42,417 bases of DNA from an uncultured Candidatus Saccharibacteria bacterium (GTDB taxonomy: Bacteria; Patescibacteriota; WWE3; UBA101185; UBA10185), in the NCBI GenBank assembly GCA_964427965.1, contig CAYRWK010000001.1, forward strand, positions 1-42,417, read 5' to 3'. Shown here in pieces: positions 32,798 to 41,586 of this stretch. Position 1 is the stretch's first letter. Each line of letters opens with the position of its first letter. Below the pieces are notes generated by a model, which searched no databases, was not told where the DNA came from, and saw only the letters and a program-made list of their open reading frames with translations. Made by a program: the position numbers and the translations under genes.

Positions 32798-33745
32798 ATG
32801 AAAAAAGTATCAGTTATCATTGTAAACACTAACACTAAAGACGCCTTAAAACTTTGTTTAGAAAATCTCAAAGGTAAATATGAAAATCTGGAAATTATTG
32901 TTAACGACACTTGTTCCTATGATGGGTCAGCGGATATGGTCGAGAAGGATTTTCCTAATGTTAAGCTTATTCGCGGACCAAATAACGGTTTGTCTTATGG
33001 GCTAAACCGCGCATTGGAACAGGCTACCGGAGATTACTATCTGTACCTTGGATCCGACGCATTTCCTGAAAAAGATACAATACCGGGGTTGGTTGACTAT
33101 ATGGAAAAACATCCGGATGTGGGGGGAGCTGTAGCTAAACTATTGTTAAGAGACGGTACACAAGACATGGATGGGCATCGCGGGTTTTCTACTCCCTGGG
33201 CATCTTTTACCCATTTTGTAAAACTGGGCAAGCTTTTTCCTAAATCCAAACTTTTTGGTCAATATTTTTTGACCTACAAAGATTTGAGTACCGAACATGA
33301 GATTGATTCAACTATTACTCACTTTTTGTTTATGAGTAAGACTGCTCAAGATAAGGTTGGTAAATGGGATGAGGAAAACTTCTTTTTATATGGTGAGGAT
33401 ATTGATTTTTGTTATAGGTTAAAAGAAGCCGGATTTAAACTCATGTACCTTCCTCAATTTAAAGCTCAGCATTGGAAAGGAGTTACTATTGGGATTAGAA
33501 AATCTTCTAAGGATGTTGCAACACAGGCATCAACCTTTAACTTTAGAGGAAAAGATATGTCTAAAAAGGAACTTAGAGTCTTAGTCCAAAAACTTTCAAC
33601 CCAATCCATGGAAACCTTTTATAACAAACATTATCGAAAAATATATCCTTGGCCTTTAACGTTGTTAATAATTACAACTATTCGAACTTTTAGCTTTTTG
33701 CGTACTACAAAACAAAGAATTGTAAATTATCTTGATAAACAATGA
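32798..33745 (+). CDS. family 2 glycosyltransferase
   Basis: VSVIIVNTN..., IVNDTCSYDGS, NNGLSYGLNRALEQATGDYYLYLGSDAF (DxD-type) and GEDIDFCYRL are typical of GT2 (WbbL-like) enzymes. Confidence 0.8.
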   Translation: MKKVSVIIVNTNTKDALKLCLENLKGKYENLEIIVNDTCSYDGSADMVEKDFPNVKLIRGPNNGLSYGLNRALEQATGDYYLYLGSDAFPEKDTIPGLVDYMEKHPDVGGAVAKLLLRDGTQDMDGHRGFSTPWASFTHFVKLGKLFPKSKLFGQYFLTYKDLSTEHEIDSTITHFLFMSKTAQDKVGKWDEENFFLYGEDIDFCYRLKEAGFKLMYLPQFKAQHWKGVTIGIRKSSKDVATQASTFNFRGKDMSKKELRVLVQKLSTQSMETFYNKHYRKIYPWPLTLLIITTIRTFSFLRTTKQRIVNYLDKQ

Positions 33746-34590
33746 TTACTTCTATTGGACCGGACAAAGTAGTTGATGCAGTTCACGGTGGTAAAGATAG
33801 TGGAGAAAGTTGGTTGGATCGTAGTTCCACTATTTTAAGATGTACAGTAACGTCTCCCGTTGAAACGGCCTTAAGAGCGATAACGACTACTGTTGAAGAA
33901 AAATTGAAACGTAAACACGAGGTTTCCGACGTACAAAAGGAAACAGTAAGTTCTTTTATTAAGGAGCTAGATCAAAACTACGAATTAGGGATTAAAGATA
34001 TTGTGGATGTTGAGTACAACGGCTATGGAACTTCTTTTAGTAACTGGACAGTTAAAGATGTAGAAGGTAACTACTGGGCATTAAAAATTGGTAGAGAAAA
34101 AAATGTTAATGCTGCCGAATATGATCCTTCCGATCTGAAATTCGGACTTTTTTATACTGCATGTTTGGATATCACAAGGGAGGAACTAGGGGCGGATTTT
34201 ATACCGGAGCCTTTAAGAGTATTTTTTGTAGAAAACGAACTGGATAGGCACAGTAGGCCTACCACGGTTGTTGTTTCTCCATATTATAAAACCCACGGAG
34301 GGGATCCAGTAAAATTAGACATGACCGAGTATTCTGATAAAGAGCGAGAGCAGCTTAGTTCTCAATGGGGGAAACTAAAAGCCTTTTTTTCTACTATAGA
34401 GGAAAAATATCATTTGATTCCGGATCTTGTGGGCTACAATAATTTATTAGTTGTTCCCACGGAAAATGGTCCACAAATAAAAATCGTAGATTTTGGCTAT
34501 ATTTCCACAAGATTCCCTAACCTGAGTTTTTTGTATCAATCTAAGCTAAAGGCGGGATATTATGGACATACAATGGATAGCAAAGTCTAA
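33742..34590 (+). CDS. protein-kinase-like fold protein (atypical kinase, putative)
   Basis: YWALKIG (VAIK-like Lys), IPDLVGYNNLLV (catalytic-loop-like D....N) and IKIVDFGY (DFG) occur in the canonical order and spacing. ATGA overlap with the GT2 gene. Confidence 0.45.
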   Translation: MITSIGPDKVVDAVHGGKDSGESWLDRSSTILRCTVTSPVETALRAITTTVEEKLKRKHEVSDVQKETVSSFIKELDQNYELGIKDIVDVEYNGYGTSFSNWTVKDVEGNYWALKIGREKNVNAAEYDPSDLKFGLFYTACLDITREELGADFIPEPLRVFFVENELDRHSRPTTVVVSPYYKTHGGDPVKLDMTEYSDKEREQLSSQWGKLKAFFSTIEEKYHLIPDLVGYNNLLVVPTENGPQIKIVDFGYISTRFPNLSFLYQSKLKAGYYGHTMDSKV

Positions 34591-34593
34591 CCT

Positions 34594-34622
34594 TTGACAC
34601 ATAGTTAAATGTCTTTTAGACT
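34594..34622 (+). promoter_or_regulatory. consensus-like sigma70 promoter producing a probable leaderless mRNA
   Basis: TTGACA (34594..34599), an exactly 17-nt spacer, TAGACT (34617..34622), then 6 nt to the ATG at 34629. No SD. Confidence 0.55.
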
Positions 34623-34628
34623 GATTCC

Positions 34629-37529
34629 ATGCCCAAAGATCTGTCCCAACTTTTTTATCCTAGGTCTGTTGCCGTAATCGGCGCTTCCAACTCAAAACAC
34701 AAAGTGGGGGCTATTGTCTTAAAAAATATTCTAAATTCAGGGTTTAAGGGAAGGGTTTATCCGGTCAATCCTACCTTAAAGAAAATAGGAAAACTTAGAT
34801 GCTATGGGGAAATAGGGGAACTTCCTGAAACCCCGGATTTAGCTGTAATTGCAATCCCCGCTGAAAAAGTGAATACCGTTATCGAGCAGGCCGGTGTAAA
34901 GGGTGTAAAAAATGTTGTAGTTTACGCCGCAGGTTATAAAGAAATAGGCCCTGATGGTGCTACTCTGGAGCAGTGTTTAAAGGCTGTAGCAGAAAGACAT
35001 TTTATCAACCTACTAGGTCCAAATTGTTTGGGTTTTGTTAACTCCATGTGCCCTATTAACGCCACTTTTGGGCAACCACTAAAGACTTTTGGTAACTTAC
35101 GTTTTATTACACAGTCAGGTGCAATTGCTGCAAGTTTGTTTGATTGGTGTAATTCCACGGGGGTGGGATTTAGTGAGTTTATAACCTTAGGTAATAAAAC
35201 TATTCTTTCCGAAAATGATATTTTGCAGTATTTTTTTGAACAAGGTAATAACAGTCTAACTTCTTTAAGCACGTCTTTTGAAGGTGAGAGCAAATGTCAC
35301 CCAATTGGAATGTATCTTGAGTCTATTTCCGGTGGAAAAGAATTTATTCGTTTAACAAAAGAAATAACAAAAACCGATCCCGTTTTTATATTAAAACCCG
35401 GTAAAACAAAAGAAGCAGTAAATGCCATGCAATCTCATACCGGGGCACTTGCGGGGGAAGATGATGTTTTAGACATTGCGTTAAATGAGGCGGGTGCTAT
35501 TCGCTGCAACACCTTGGAGGACTTTTTTGATTATGCTAAAGCGTTTTCATGGGAAGATTGCCCAAAGGGACCAAAGGTGGCGGTAATTTCAAACGCAGGC
35601 GGGCCTGCAGTTATTAGCGCCGATGAGATTGTTACTCACGGTCTGCAGTTAGCTAAATTTGACTCACAAACTCATGATGAACTTAAAAAAGCTTTGCCAA
35701 GGTTTGCAAGTATTGTAAATCCTGTGGATGTGTTGGGGGATGCTTTAGCGGATAGATTTGCGGGCGCTTTGGACATTGTGTTAAAAAGTAATGAAGTTGA
35801 CGCTGTTGTTGTGATTCTAACACCTCAAATAATGACCCAGATAACAAAAACAGCTCAGGCGATAAAAAATGCTTCAGAAAAATACCATAAACCAGTTGTT
35901 TGTTCTTTTATTGGTGGGAGTTTAGTAGCTAAAGGGGAGGAAGTTTTAAATAAATCTAAAATCCCATCCTTTAATTTTCCTGAAAGGGCAATAGGTGCGT
36001 TAAGTGCCATGTGGGCTTTTTCTCAAAAACAAAAACAGAAGGTAGAAGAAAATTATGGAGTACAAACTGCAATATCTATACAAAATGCTCCCTCCTTGGC
36101 AAAATCTATTATTGAAAAGGCTATCCAAAATAATCAAGTATCCTTAACCAATCTTCAAGCCGCAGATGTGTTAGCTTCAGTTGGGATTAACGTTCCTCCT
36201 TCAAAAGAGGTGTCGGATTTAACCCAAGCCATTTCGTTTGCTAAAGATGTCGGTTGGCCGGTTGTGCTAAAACTCTCATCTCCCGGACTTTTGCATAAAA
36301 AGAAGGTAGGGGGAGTTGTTATGGATATTAGGGACGAACCTGCTTTAGAAAAAGGTTGGGAAACTCTCCAAAGAAAAATTCAGGAGCTTAGTGATGATAT
36401 TAAATCCCAAGTAACTATTCAAGTTCAAAAAGAAGTGCCAGATGGGATCGAGGTTATTTTAGGTGTAAAAAGCGACCCGACTTTTGGTCAGGTAATGCTT
36501 TTTGGGGCGGGCGGGTCCGTTGCAGAACTTGTAGCTGATAAAAATATGCAGTTATTGCCGGTGGAATCTATTCACGCCCAAAAATTGGTAGAAAAATCCA
36601 AAGTTTACGCACTTCTTAAAGGTTTTTCGGGCGAACCTTCTTACGCACTAGATAAACTTTACGACCTAATGGTTCGTTTTGGTAAGCTAGTAGAAAGTTT
36701 AGAAAATATATCAGCCTTTGAGATCAACCCTGTTATCGTTACGTTAACTGATGTGTGGGCAGTAGATGGGAAGGTTATAATTAACTTATTACATCGAGCA
36801 AAGCGAGATATAATTAAATCTACGAAAACATCAGGTGGAATTAAATTTAAAACAGCTAAAACCTTAAGTCATACGGTTCAAGCAAGCACATACCACTATT
36901 TTGAATTTGAGCCTGAAGCTCCCCTTGATTTTATACCCGGACAATATATTAGTGTAAAAGTTGCTGATAGCAGGATCAATTGTTATTCAGTAGCTGATTG
37001 TACGGGTAATACAAAATTTAATTTATTTGTAGATACTAAACCCGGCGGACCTGGGTCAAATTTTTTTGAGACTCTAAAAGTTGGGGATCCTATTTATTAC
37101 ATTGGACCTTTCGGAACCTTTGGGTTAAAACCCGATGATGGTGCAAAGACTTTGTTGTTTTTGGCAACCGGATCGGGCTGTGCCCCATTTAGGTGCATGA
37201 TTGAACATGCTTTGCGAGAAAAAGGCTATACAAAGCCCATTACTTTGTATATTGGATTAAACCACTCTCAAGATGTTTTTTGGATTGATTACTTAGAGAA
37301 TCTGAAGAGGGAATTTACTAACTTTAATTACAAAATAGCAGTTTGGAAACCGGATAATTCGTGGAAAGGGCATGTTGGTTTTATCACTGATTTGGTAAAA
37401 CAGGATTATCCCGATGCTTCACAATGTTCTGCCTACTTATGTGGTGCTAAACCCATGATTGACAGTGCAACTGAGCTGTTAAAGCAGTTAGGTTGTTTAG
37501 AAAAGAGAATTTATATGGAGAAGTTTTAA
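34629..37529 (+). CDS. ADP-forming acetyl-CoA synthetase (fused alpha+beta) with C-terminal FNR-like FAD/NAD(P)-binding module
   Basis: CoA-binding domain SVAVIGAS...KVG, GPNCLG, SQSGA, phosphohistidine loop MQSHTGALAG, and an ATP-grasp region. The last ~229 aa carry the FNR-family motifs RINCYSVA (RxYS), GPFGTF, LFLATGSGCAPF and a terminal ...YLCGAKPM...EKF. Confidence 0.8.
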   Translation: MPKDLSQLFYPRSVAVIGASNSKHKVGAIVLKNILNSGFKGRVYPVNPTLKKIGKLRCYGEIGELPETPDLAVIAIPAEKVNTVIEQAGVKGVKNVVVYAAGYKEIGPDGATLEQCLKAVAERHFINLLGPNCLGFVNSMCPINATFGQPLKTFGNLRFITQSGAIAASLFDWCNSTGVGFSEFITLGNKTILSENDILQYFFEQGNNSLTSLSTSFEGESKCHPIGMYLESISGGKEFIRLTKEITKTDPVFILKPGKTKEAVNAMQSHTGALAGEDDVLDIALNEAGAIRCNTLEDFFDYAKAFSWEDCPKGPKVAVISNAGGPAVISADEIVTHGLQLAKFDSQTHDELKKALPRFASIVNPVDVLGDALADRFAGALDIVLKSNEVDAVVVILTPQIMTQITKTAQAIKNASEKYHKPVVCSFIGGSLVAKGEEVLNKSKIPSFNFPERAIGALSAMWAFSQKQKQKVEENYGVQTAISIQNAPSLAKSIIEKAIQNNQVSLTNLQAADVLASVGINVPPSKEVSDLTQAISFAKDVGWPVVLKLSSPGLLHKKKVGGVVMDIRDEPALEKGWETLQRKIQELSDDIKSQVTIQVQKEVPDGIEVILGVKSDPTFGQVMLFGAGGSVAELVADKNMQLLPVESIHAQKLVEKSKVYALLKGFSGEPSYALDKLYDLMVRFGKLVESLENISAFEINPVIVTLTDVWAVDGKVIINLLHRAKRDIIKSTKTSGGIKFKTAKTLSHTVQASTYHYFEFEPEAPLDFIPGQYISVKVADSRINCYSVADCTGNTKFNLFVDTKPGGPGSNFFETLKVGDPIYYIGPFGTFGLKPDDGAKTLLFLATGSGCAPFRCMIEHALREKGYTKPITLYIGLNHSQDVFWIDYLENLKREFTNFNYKIAVWKPDNSWKGHVGFITDLVKQDYPDASQCSAYLCGAKPMIDSATELLKQLGCLEKRIYMEKF

Positions 37530-37531
37530 GT

Positions 37532-39265
37532 ATGAGTCAAACCTATACCCTAAAAATTGGAGGAATGGCAGGTCAGGGTATTAAATCTTCCGGTTTGATG
37601 TTTGCAAAAACTGCGGTTCAGTTTGGTTATAGTATTTTTACTCATACGGAATTTCCATCTTTAATAAGGGGTGGTCACAATGTGATGCAAATAACAATTG
37701 GTATGGAGGATGTGTTATCTCCTTCTACAGTAACAGATCTGCTCATTTCTTTAAACCAAGATACTTTAACAAAATACGCTTATGGGTTAGAACCCGGTTC
37801 CGGGATTATATTTGATGAGTCTTTAGTGTTGGATGAAAAGAAACTGAAAAGAGAGGTTAGTGTTTTTAAAATGCCTTTATTTAAGTTGGCAAGGGAAGCG
37901 GGAGGTAGTGAGGTTGTAATAAACTTGCTTTCACTTGGGGCGGTTATGGCTTTATGGGGTGGAGATGTTTTAGTATTAAAAAATCTAATTTTCGAGGAGT
38001 TTAAAGATAATAAGAAACTTATTGATGTTAATACGTCTGCTGTTGAGTTTGGGTTTCACTATGCTAAGGAACATTTTGTTAATCATATAAAGCCGATTTT
38101 TAATGTTGTAAATAAGACAGAACCGGAAAAATTGGAAAAAGTGATTATGGAAGGCAATGAGGCTGTGGCACTAGGAGCTATAGCTGCCGGGGTACAGTTT
38201 GTTTCTATTTACCCAATGTCTCCAACTGCAAATATCTTGCATACTTTGGCAAAATATCAGGAAAAGTTTGGTTATGTCTTTAAGCAAACCGAGGATGAGA
38301 TTTCAGCTGTGAATATGGCTATTGGTGCGGGTTTTGCAGGAGCAAGGTCGATGACTGCAACTTCCGGTGGAGGATTTTGTTTAATGACTGAAGGTTATGG
38401 TTTAGCCGGAATGACCGAGACACCTTTGGTTATTGTTGATGGTATGCGTCCCGGTCCTGCAACCGGTATGCCAACCTGGAGCGAGCAAGGGGATTTAAAT
38501 TTTGTATTAAATGCTCATCAGGGTGATTTTCCAAAAATTGTGTTAGCCGCGGGGGATACCCAGGAAGCTTTTGATCTAAGCATGCTTTCCTTTAATCTTG
38601 CTGAAAAATATCAAACCCCGGTAATACTTTTGATAGATAAAAATATTTGTGAGAGTTATACCAGTTTACCTAGGCTTGATTATTCTTCCTATAAAATCGA
38701 AAGGGGTAAACTAACCTTGGATGCTGATGCTAATTTTATGCGCTATCAGCTGCAAAAAGATGGTGTTTCTAAAAGGTCTGTTCCTGGTGTTGGTAACTTT
38801 TTTATTGCAAACTCTGACGAACATACTGAAATTGGTTATTCTACAGAAGAAAGTGTGGATCGTGTTGCTCAAATGCAAAAAAGAATGGCAAAGCTTGATA
38901 CATGTGCCCTTAAAGATATGCCGGATCCGGTAGTTTACGGTCCAAAGAATGCCGATGTTAGTGTTGTTTCGTTTGGAAGTACAAAAGGCAGTATTTTGGA
39001 TGCTCTAAAAAGTTATAGTAATGTAAACTTTTTGCACCTAACCTGGCTAAGTCCTTTTTCCACCGAATTTGTTAGCAAGTTTTTAGAAAAAGCAAAACAC
39101 GTAATTGATGTTGAGTCAAATTATTCAGGCCAGTTAGCAGGTTTGATTAGACAAAAAACCGGGTTTGAGATCGTGGATAAACTTCTTAAGTTTGATGGAA
39201 GACCTTTTTTTGCAGATGAAATAAAAAATAAAATTGATTCTGTGCTAAAGGGTAAAAAAATATGA
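37532..39265 (+). CDS. 2-oxoacid:ferredoxin oxidoreductase, fused gamma/alpha subunit
   Basis: N-terminal gamma-type domain (IGGMAGQGIKS...) followed by an alpha domain (GNEAVALGAIAAGV..., YPMSP, EDEISAVNMAIGAGFAGARSMTATSGGGF). The ATG at 37532 follows the stop of the upstream gene. Confidence 0.85.
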   Translation: MSQTYTLKIGGMAGQGIKSSGLMFAKTAVQFGYSIFTHTEFPSLIRGGHNVMQITIGMEDVLSPSTVTDLLISLNQDTLTKYAYGLEPGSGIIFDESLVLDEKKLKREVSVFKMPLFKLAREAGGSEVVINLLSLGAVMALWGGDVLVLKNLIFEEFKDNKKLIDVNTSAVEFGFHYAKEHFVNHIKPIFNVVNKTEPEKLEKVIMEGNEAVALGAIAAGVQFVSIYPMSPTANILHTLAKYQEKFGYVFKQTEDEISAVNMAIGAGFAGARSMTATSGGGFCLMTEGYGLAGMTETPLVIVDGMRPGPATGMPTWSEQGDLNFVLNAHQGDFPKIVLAAGDTQEAFDLSMLSFNLAEKYQTPVILLIDKNICESYTSLPRLDYSSYKIERGKLTLDADANFMRYQLQKDGVSKRSVPGVGNFFIANSDEHTEIGYSTEESVDRVAQMQKRMAKLDTCALKDMPDPVVYGPKNADVSVVSFGSTKGSILDALKSYSNVNFLHLTWLSPFSTEFVSKFLEKAKHVIDVESNYSGQLAGLIRQKTGFEIVDKLLKFDGRPFFADEIKNKIDSVLKGKKI

Positions 39266-40107
39266 CTTCAATGCAGGATTTAAAAACTCAATGTTTTCCG
39301 AATTGGTGTCCGGGATGTGGCAATCTTGCCATTTGGTCAGCTTTTAAAAATGCTGCTGTGGCTAATACTTGGGACAATGCAAATACTGCACTTGTTGCCG
39401 GTATTGGGTGCCATGGGCATATGGTTAATTTTGTTAAAATAACTTCTTTTGAGGGTTTACATGGTAGGGCTTTGCCTGTTGCTACCGGAGTAAAACTTGC
39501 TAATCATGACTTAAACGTATTTGTGTTTACTGGGGATGGCGATTGTTTAGGTGAGGGCGGTAATCATTTTATTCATACCTGCAGAAGAAATCATGATTTA
39601 ACAATCCTGCTCCACGATAATGCAATATACGCGCTAACCACAGGACAGACCTCCCCCGCTTCACCACAAGGATTTAAGTCAAAATCAACGCCTTTTGGAA
39701 ATATAGATAATCCTATAAATCCGGTTACTCTTGCTATTGCGTCAGGGGCAACTTTTGTTGCCAGAGCTTTTGCTCCGGATATTCCTAAACTTTCCGATCT
39801 TATAACCCGTGCAAATAACCACAAAGGTTTGGCAGTCATTGATATTCTTCAGCCCTGCATCACCTTTAACAAAGAGTACTCTCACGACTTTTTTAAGCAA
39901 AACATTTACTACCTTGATGCGGAACACGATGTTTCTAATAAAGCTTCCGCTTTTACCAAGTCTTTAGAGTGGGGTTTAAAGCAAATTCCTCTTGGAGTTT
40001 TTTATGTTGAAGAAAAACCTACTTATGAATCCCAGGTTTCACAGTTAGCAAAAGGGGCATTGGTCAAACAGCCTTTAGTAAAAAGAGATATTTCGGGATT
40101 GAATTAG
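39262..40107 (+). CDS. 2-oxoacid:ferredoxin oxidoreductase, beta (TPP-binding) subunit
   Basis: NWCPGCGN and FTGDGDCLGEGGNHF thiamine-diphosphate motifs. ATGA overlap with the alpha subunit gene. Confidence 0.85.
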   Translation: MTSMQDLKTQCFPNWCPGCGNLAIWSAFKNAAVANTWDNANTALVAGIGCHGHMVNFVKITSFEGLHGRALPVATGVKLANHDLNVFVFTGDGDCLGEGGNHFIHTCRRNHDLTILLHDNAIYALTTGQTSPASPQGFKSKSTPFGNIDNPINPVTLAIASGATFVARAFAPDIPKLSDLITRANNHKGLAVIDILQPCITFNKEYSHDFFKQNIYYLDAEHDVSNKASAFTKSLEWGLKQIPLGVFYVEEKPTYESQVSQLAKGALVKQPLVKRDISGLN

Positions 40108-40133
40108 TTTCTAAAACCCGATACCATAAACTT

Positions 40134-40406
40134 ATGGATATCCAAAATCAAACTCAAAATAGTTCAGATACAGTAATGAAAATTGGTAAGTACGAGGTGA
40201 GGGTATTACGAGACCTTTGCATTGGCGCTGCCTCCTGTGTTGCAGTTTCTCCGCAGGTTTTTGTACTGGATGGTGAAAATAAGGCTGTTTTTGCGGAAGG
40301 GGCTAGTGATTTACCCGAAAACATCGTTCTTGCGGCTGAGTCTTGCCCAACAAGAGCCATTGTGATTATTGATATAGAAACAGGCGAACAAGTTTGGCCA
40401 AAGTAA
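40134..40406 (+). CDS. small single-cluster [4Fe-4S]/[3Fe-4S] ferredoxin
   Basis: CIGAASCVAVSP...AESCPTRAI is the Cys pattern of short ferredoxins. It lies directly downstream of the OFOR genes. Confidence 0.75.
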   Translation: MDIQNQTQNSSDTVMKIGKYEVRVLRDLCIGAASCVAVSPQVFVLDGENKAVFAEGASDLPENIVLAAESCPTRAIVIIDIETGEQVWPK

Positions 40407-40412
40407 CTACTA

Positions 40413-41144
40413 TTATTTAAGAACTTTTTTAGTCCAAAAAGTTATCTTTTCCACCTCTTCTTTAGTTAGGATTTTTATGATCTGCCCCCAGTGGACTGCA
40501 ACAACATCTCCCTTTTTTAACTCGGGAACAAGCTCTGTCCCACAAGTTAAAATCTCCGTGAGTAAGGTTATCCTGTAGCCTTTTTTAGTCTCTTTTAACG
40601 AGTTTAGCTTAATGACAATTTTATCCGTTTCGATTTTTTGAACTCTACCCCAACGAATCATGCATTGGTTTATTGAAGCTAAATTGTATGTAATAGAGTT
40701 TTTTACTCTTCCTATACCCACATGTAAAATTTGAAATAAATGTGTTGGAATAAACTCTTTTGGAGGAGTTAGTTTTAGTTCTTCTACCAAAGCTTTTGGT
40801 ACGCCTTGTTTGATAAAGTTTTCGAGTAAAAGACTATAGTGTTTAGCTTTAGCCTTATTTAGTTGGTTGTTTCCAAGCCAATAACTTTCAACTACTTTGT
40901 AATCAAACGGCGGAAGCTTTGTTATTGCTGAAAGGGTTTTTAAATAGGGGTTTAATACAATAAATCTGCTTAATTCTTCTTCAACCTTTCCACACCTTCC
41001 TTTTATAATGCAGTTTTTTAATGCCACAGGTCCCGATTTTCGACCACAGTATCCCAAAGAATTTGGTGGTAATGAAAATCTGGAGACAAATTTTAATGCA
41101 TCAATTTTATCTTGTTCTTTTTTCCCTATAACTTTTGATTTCAT
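40413..41144 (-). CDS. hypothetical protein
   Basis: 243-aa ORF with a conserved-looking PPNSLGYCG motif. No family assigned with confidence. Confidence 0.5.
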   Translation of the reverse strand: MKSKVIGKKEQDKIDALKFVSRFSLPPNSLGYCGRKSGPVALKNCIIKGRCGKVEEELSRFIVLNPYLKTLSAITKLPPFDYKVVESYWLGNNQLNKAKAKHYSLLLENFIKQGVPKALVEELKLTPPKEFIPTHLFQILHVGIGRVKNSITYNLASINQCMIRWGRVQKIETDKIVIKLNSLKETKKGYRITLLTEILTCGTELVPELKKGDVVAVHWGQIIKILTKEEVEKITFWTKKVLK

Positions 41145-41172
41145 ATCTTTTGACAGAGTAGAATAAATTAAT

Positions 41173-41586
41173 ATGAAAGTCTACCTTTTTGGTAATTGTG
41201 ATTTTACTCCTGATAGTTTTGCATTTAGTGTTGAAAAAAAACTTGGTAAGAAAACCCGGGATTTGGATATTCAGTTTATTTCAGTTAAACCAAACGAGGA
41301 CCTTCCTTTTGTAAATGAGGACCACGTTGTATTAATTGATGCCGTGTTGGATCTAAAGGAAGTAACTGTATTTACTGAGAAAGATTTGGATAAAATAGCC
41401 CTTCCGCCACGTGCTTCCGCTCATGACTTTGATTTGGGTTTTCAACTTAGGTATTTAAAAAAACTAGGGAAGGTTAATAAAGTAACAATTATTGGAATTC
41501 CTATGAGTAAACTTTCTGAAAAGGATTATGATCTGATCCATTCGATCTTAAGGAAGTTAGTGGCACAGGACATGCAGGGATCGTAA
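41173..41586 (+). CDS. hydrogenase maturation endopeptidase (HycI/HoxW-like), divergent
   Basis: YLFGNCDFTPDSFAF corresponds to GN....DDG.G, VLIDAV to the Asp ligand, SAHDFDL to the His ligand, and VTIIGIP to the C-terminal strand. It is adjacent to the hydrogenase large subunit gene. Confidence 0.55.
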   Translation: MKVYLFGNCDFTPDSFAFSVEKKLGKKTRDLDIQFISVKPNEDLPFVNEDHVVLIDAVLDLKEVTVFTEKDLDKIALPPRASAHDFDLGFQLRYLKKLGKVNKVTIIGIPMSKLSEKDYDLIHSILRKLVAQDMQGS

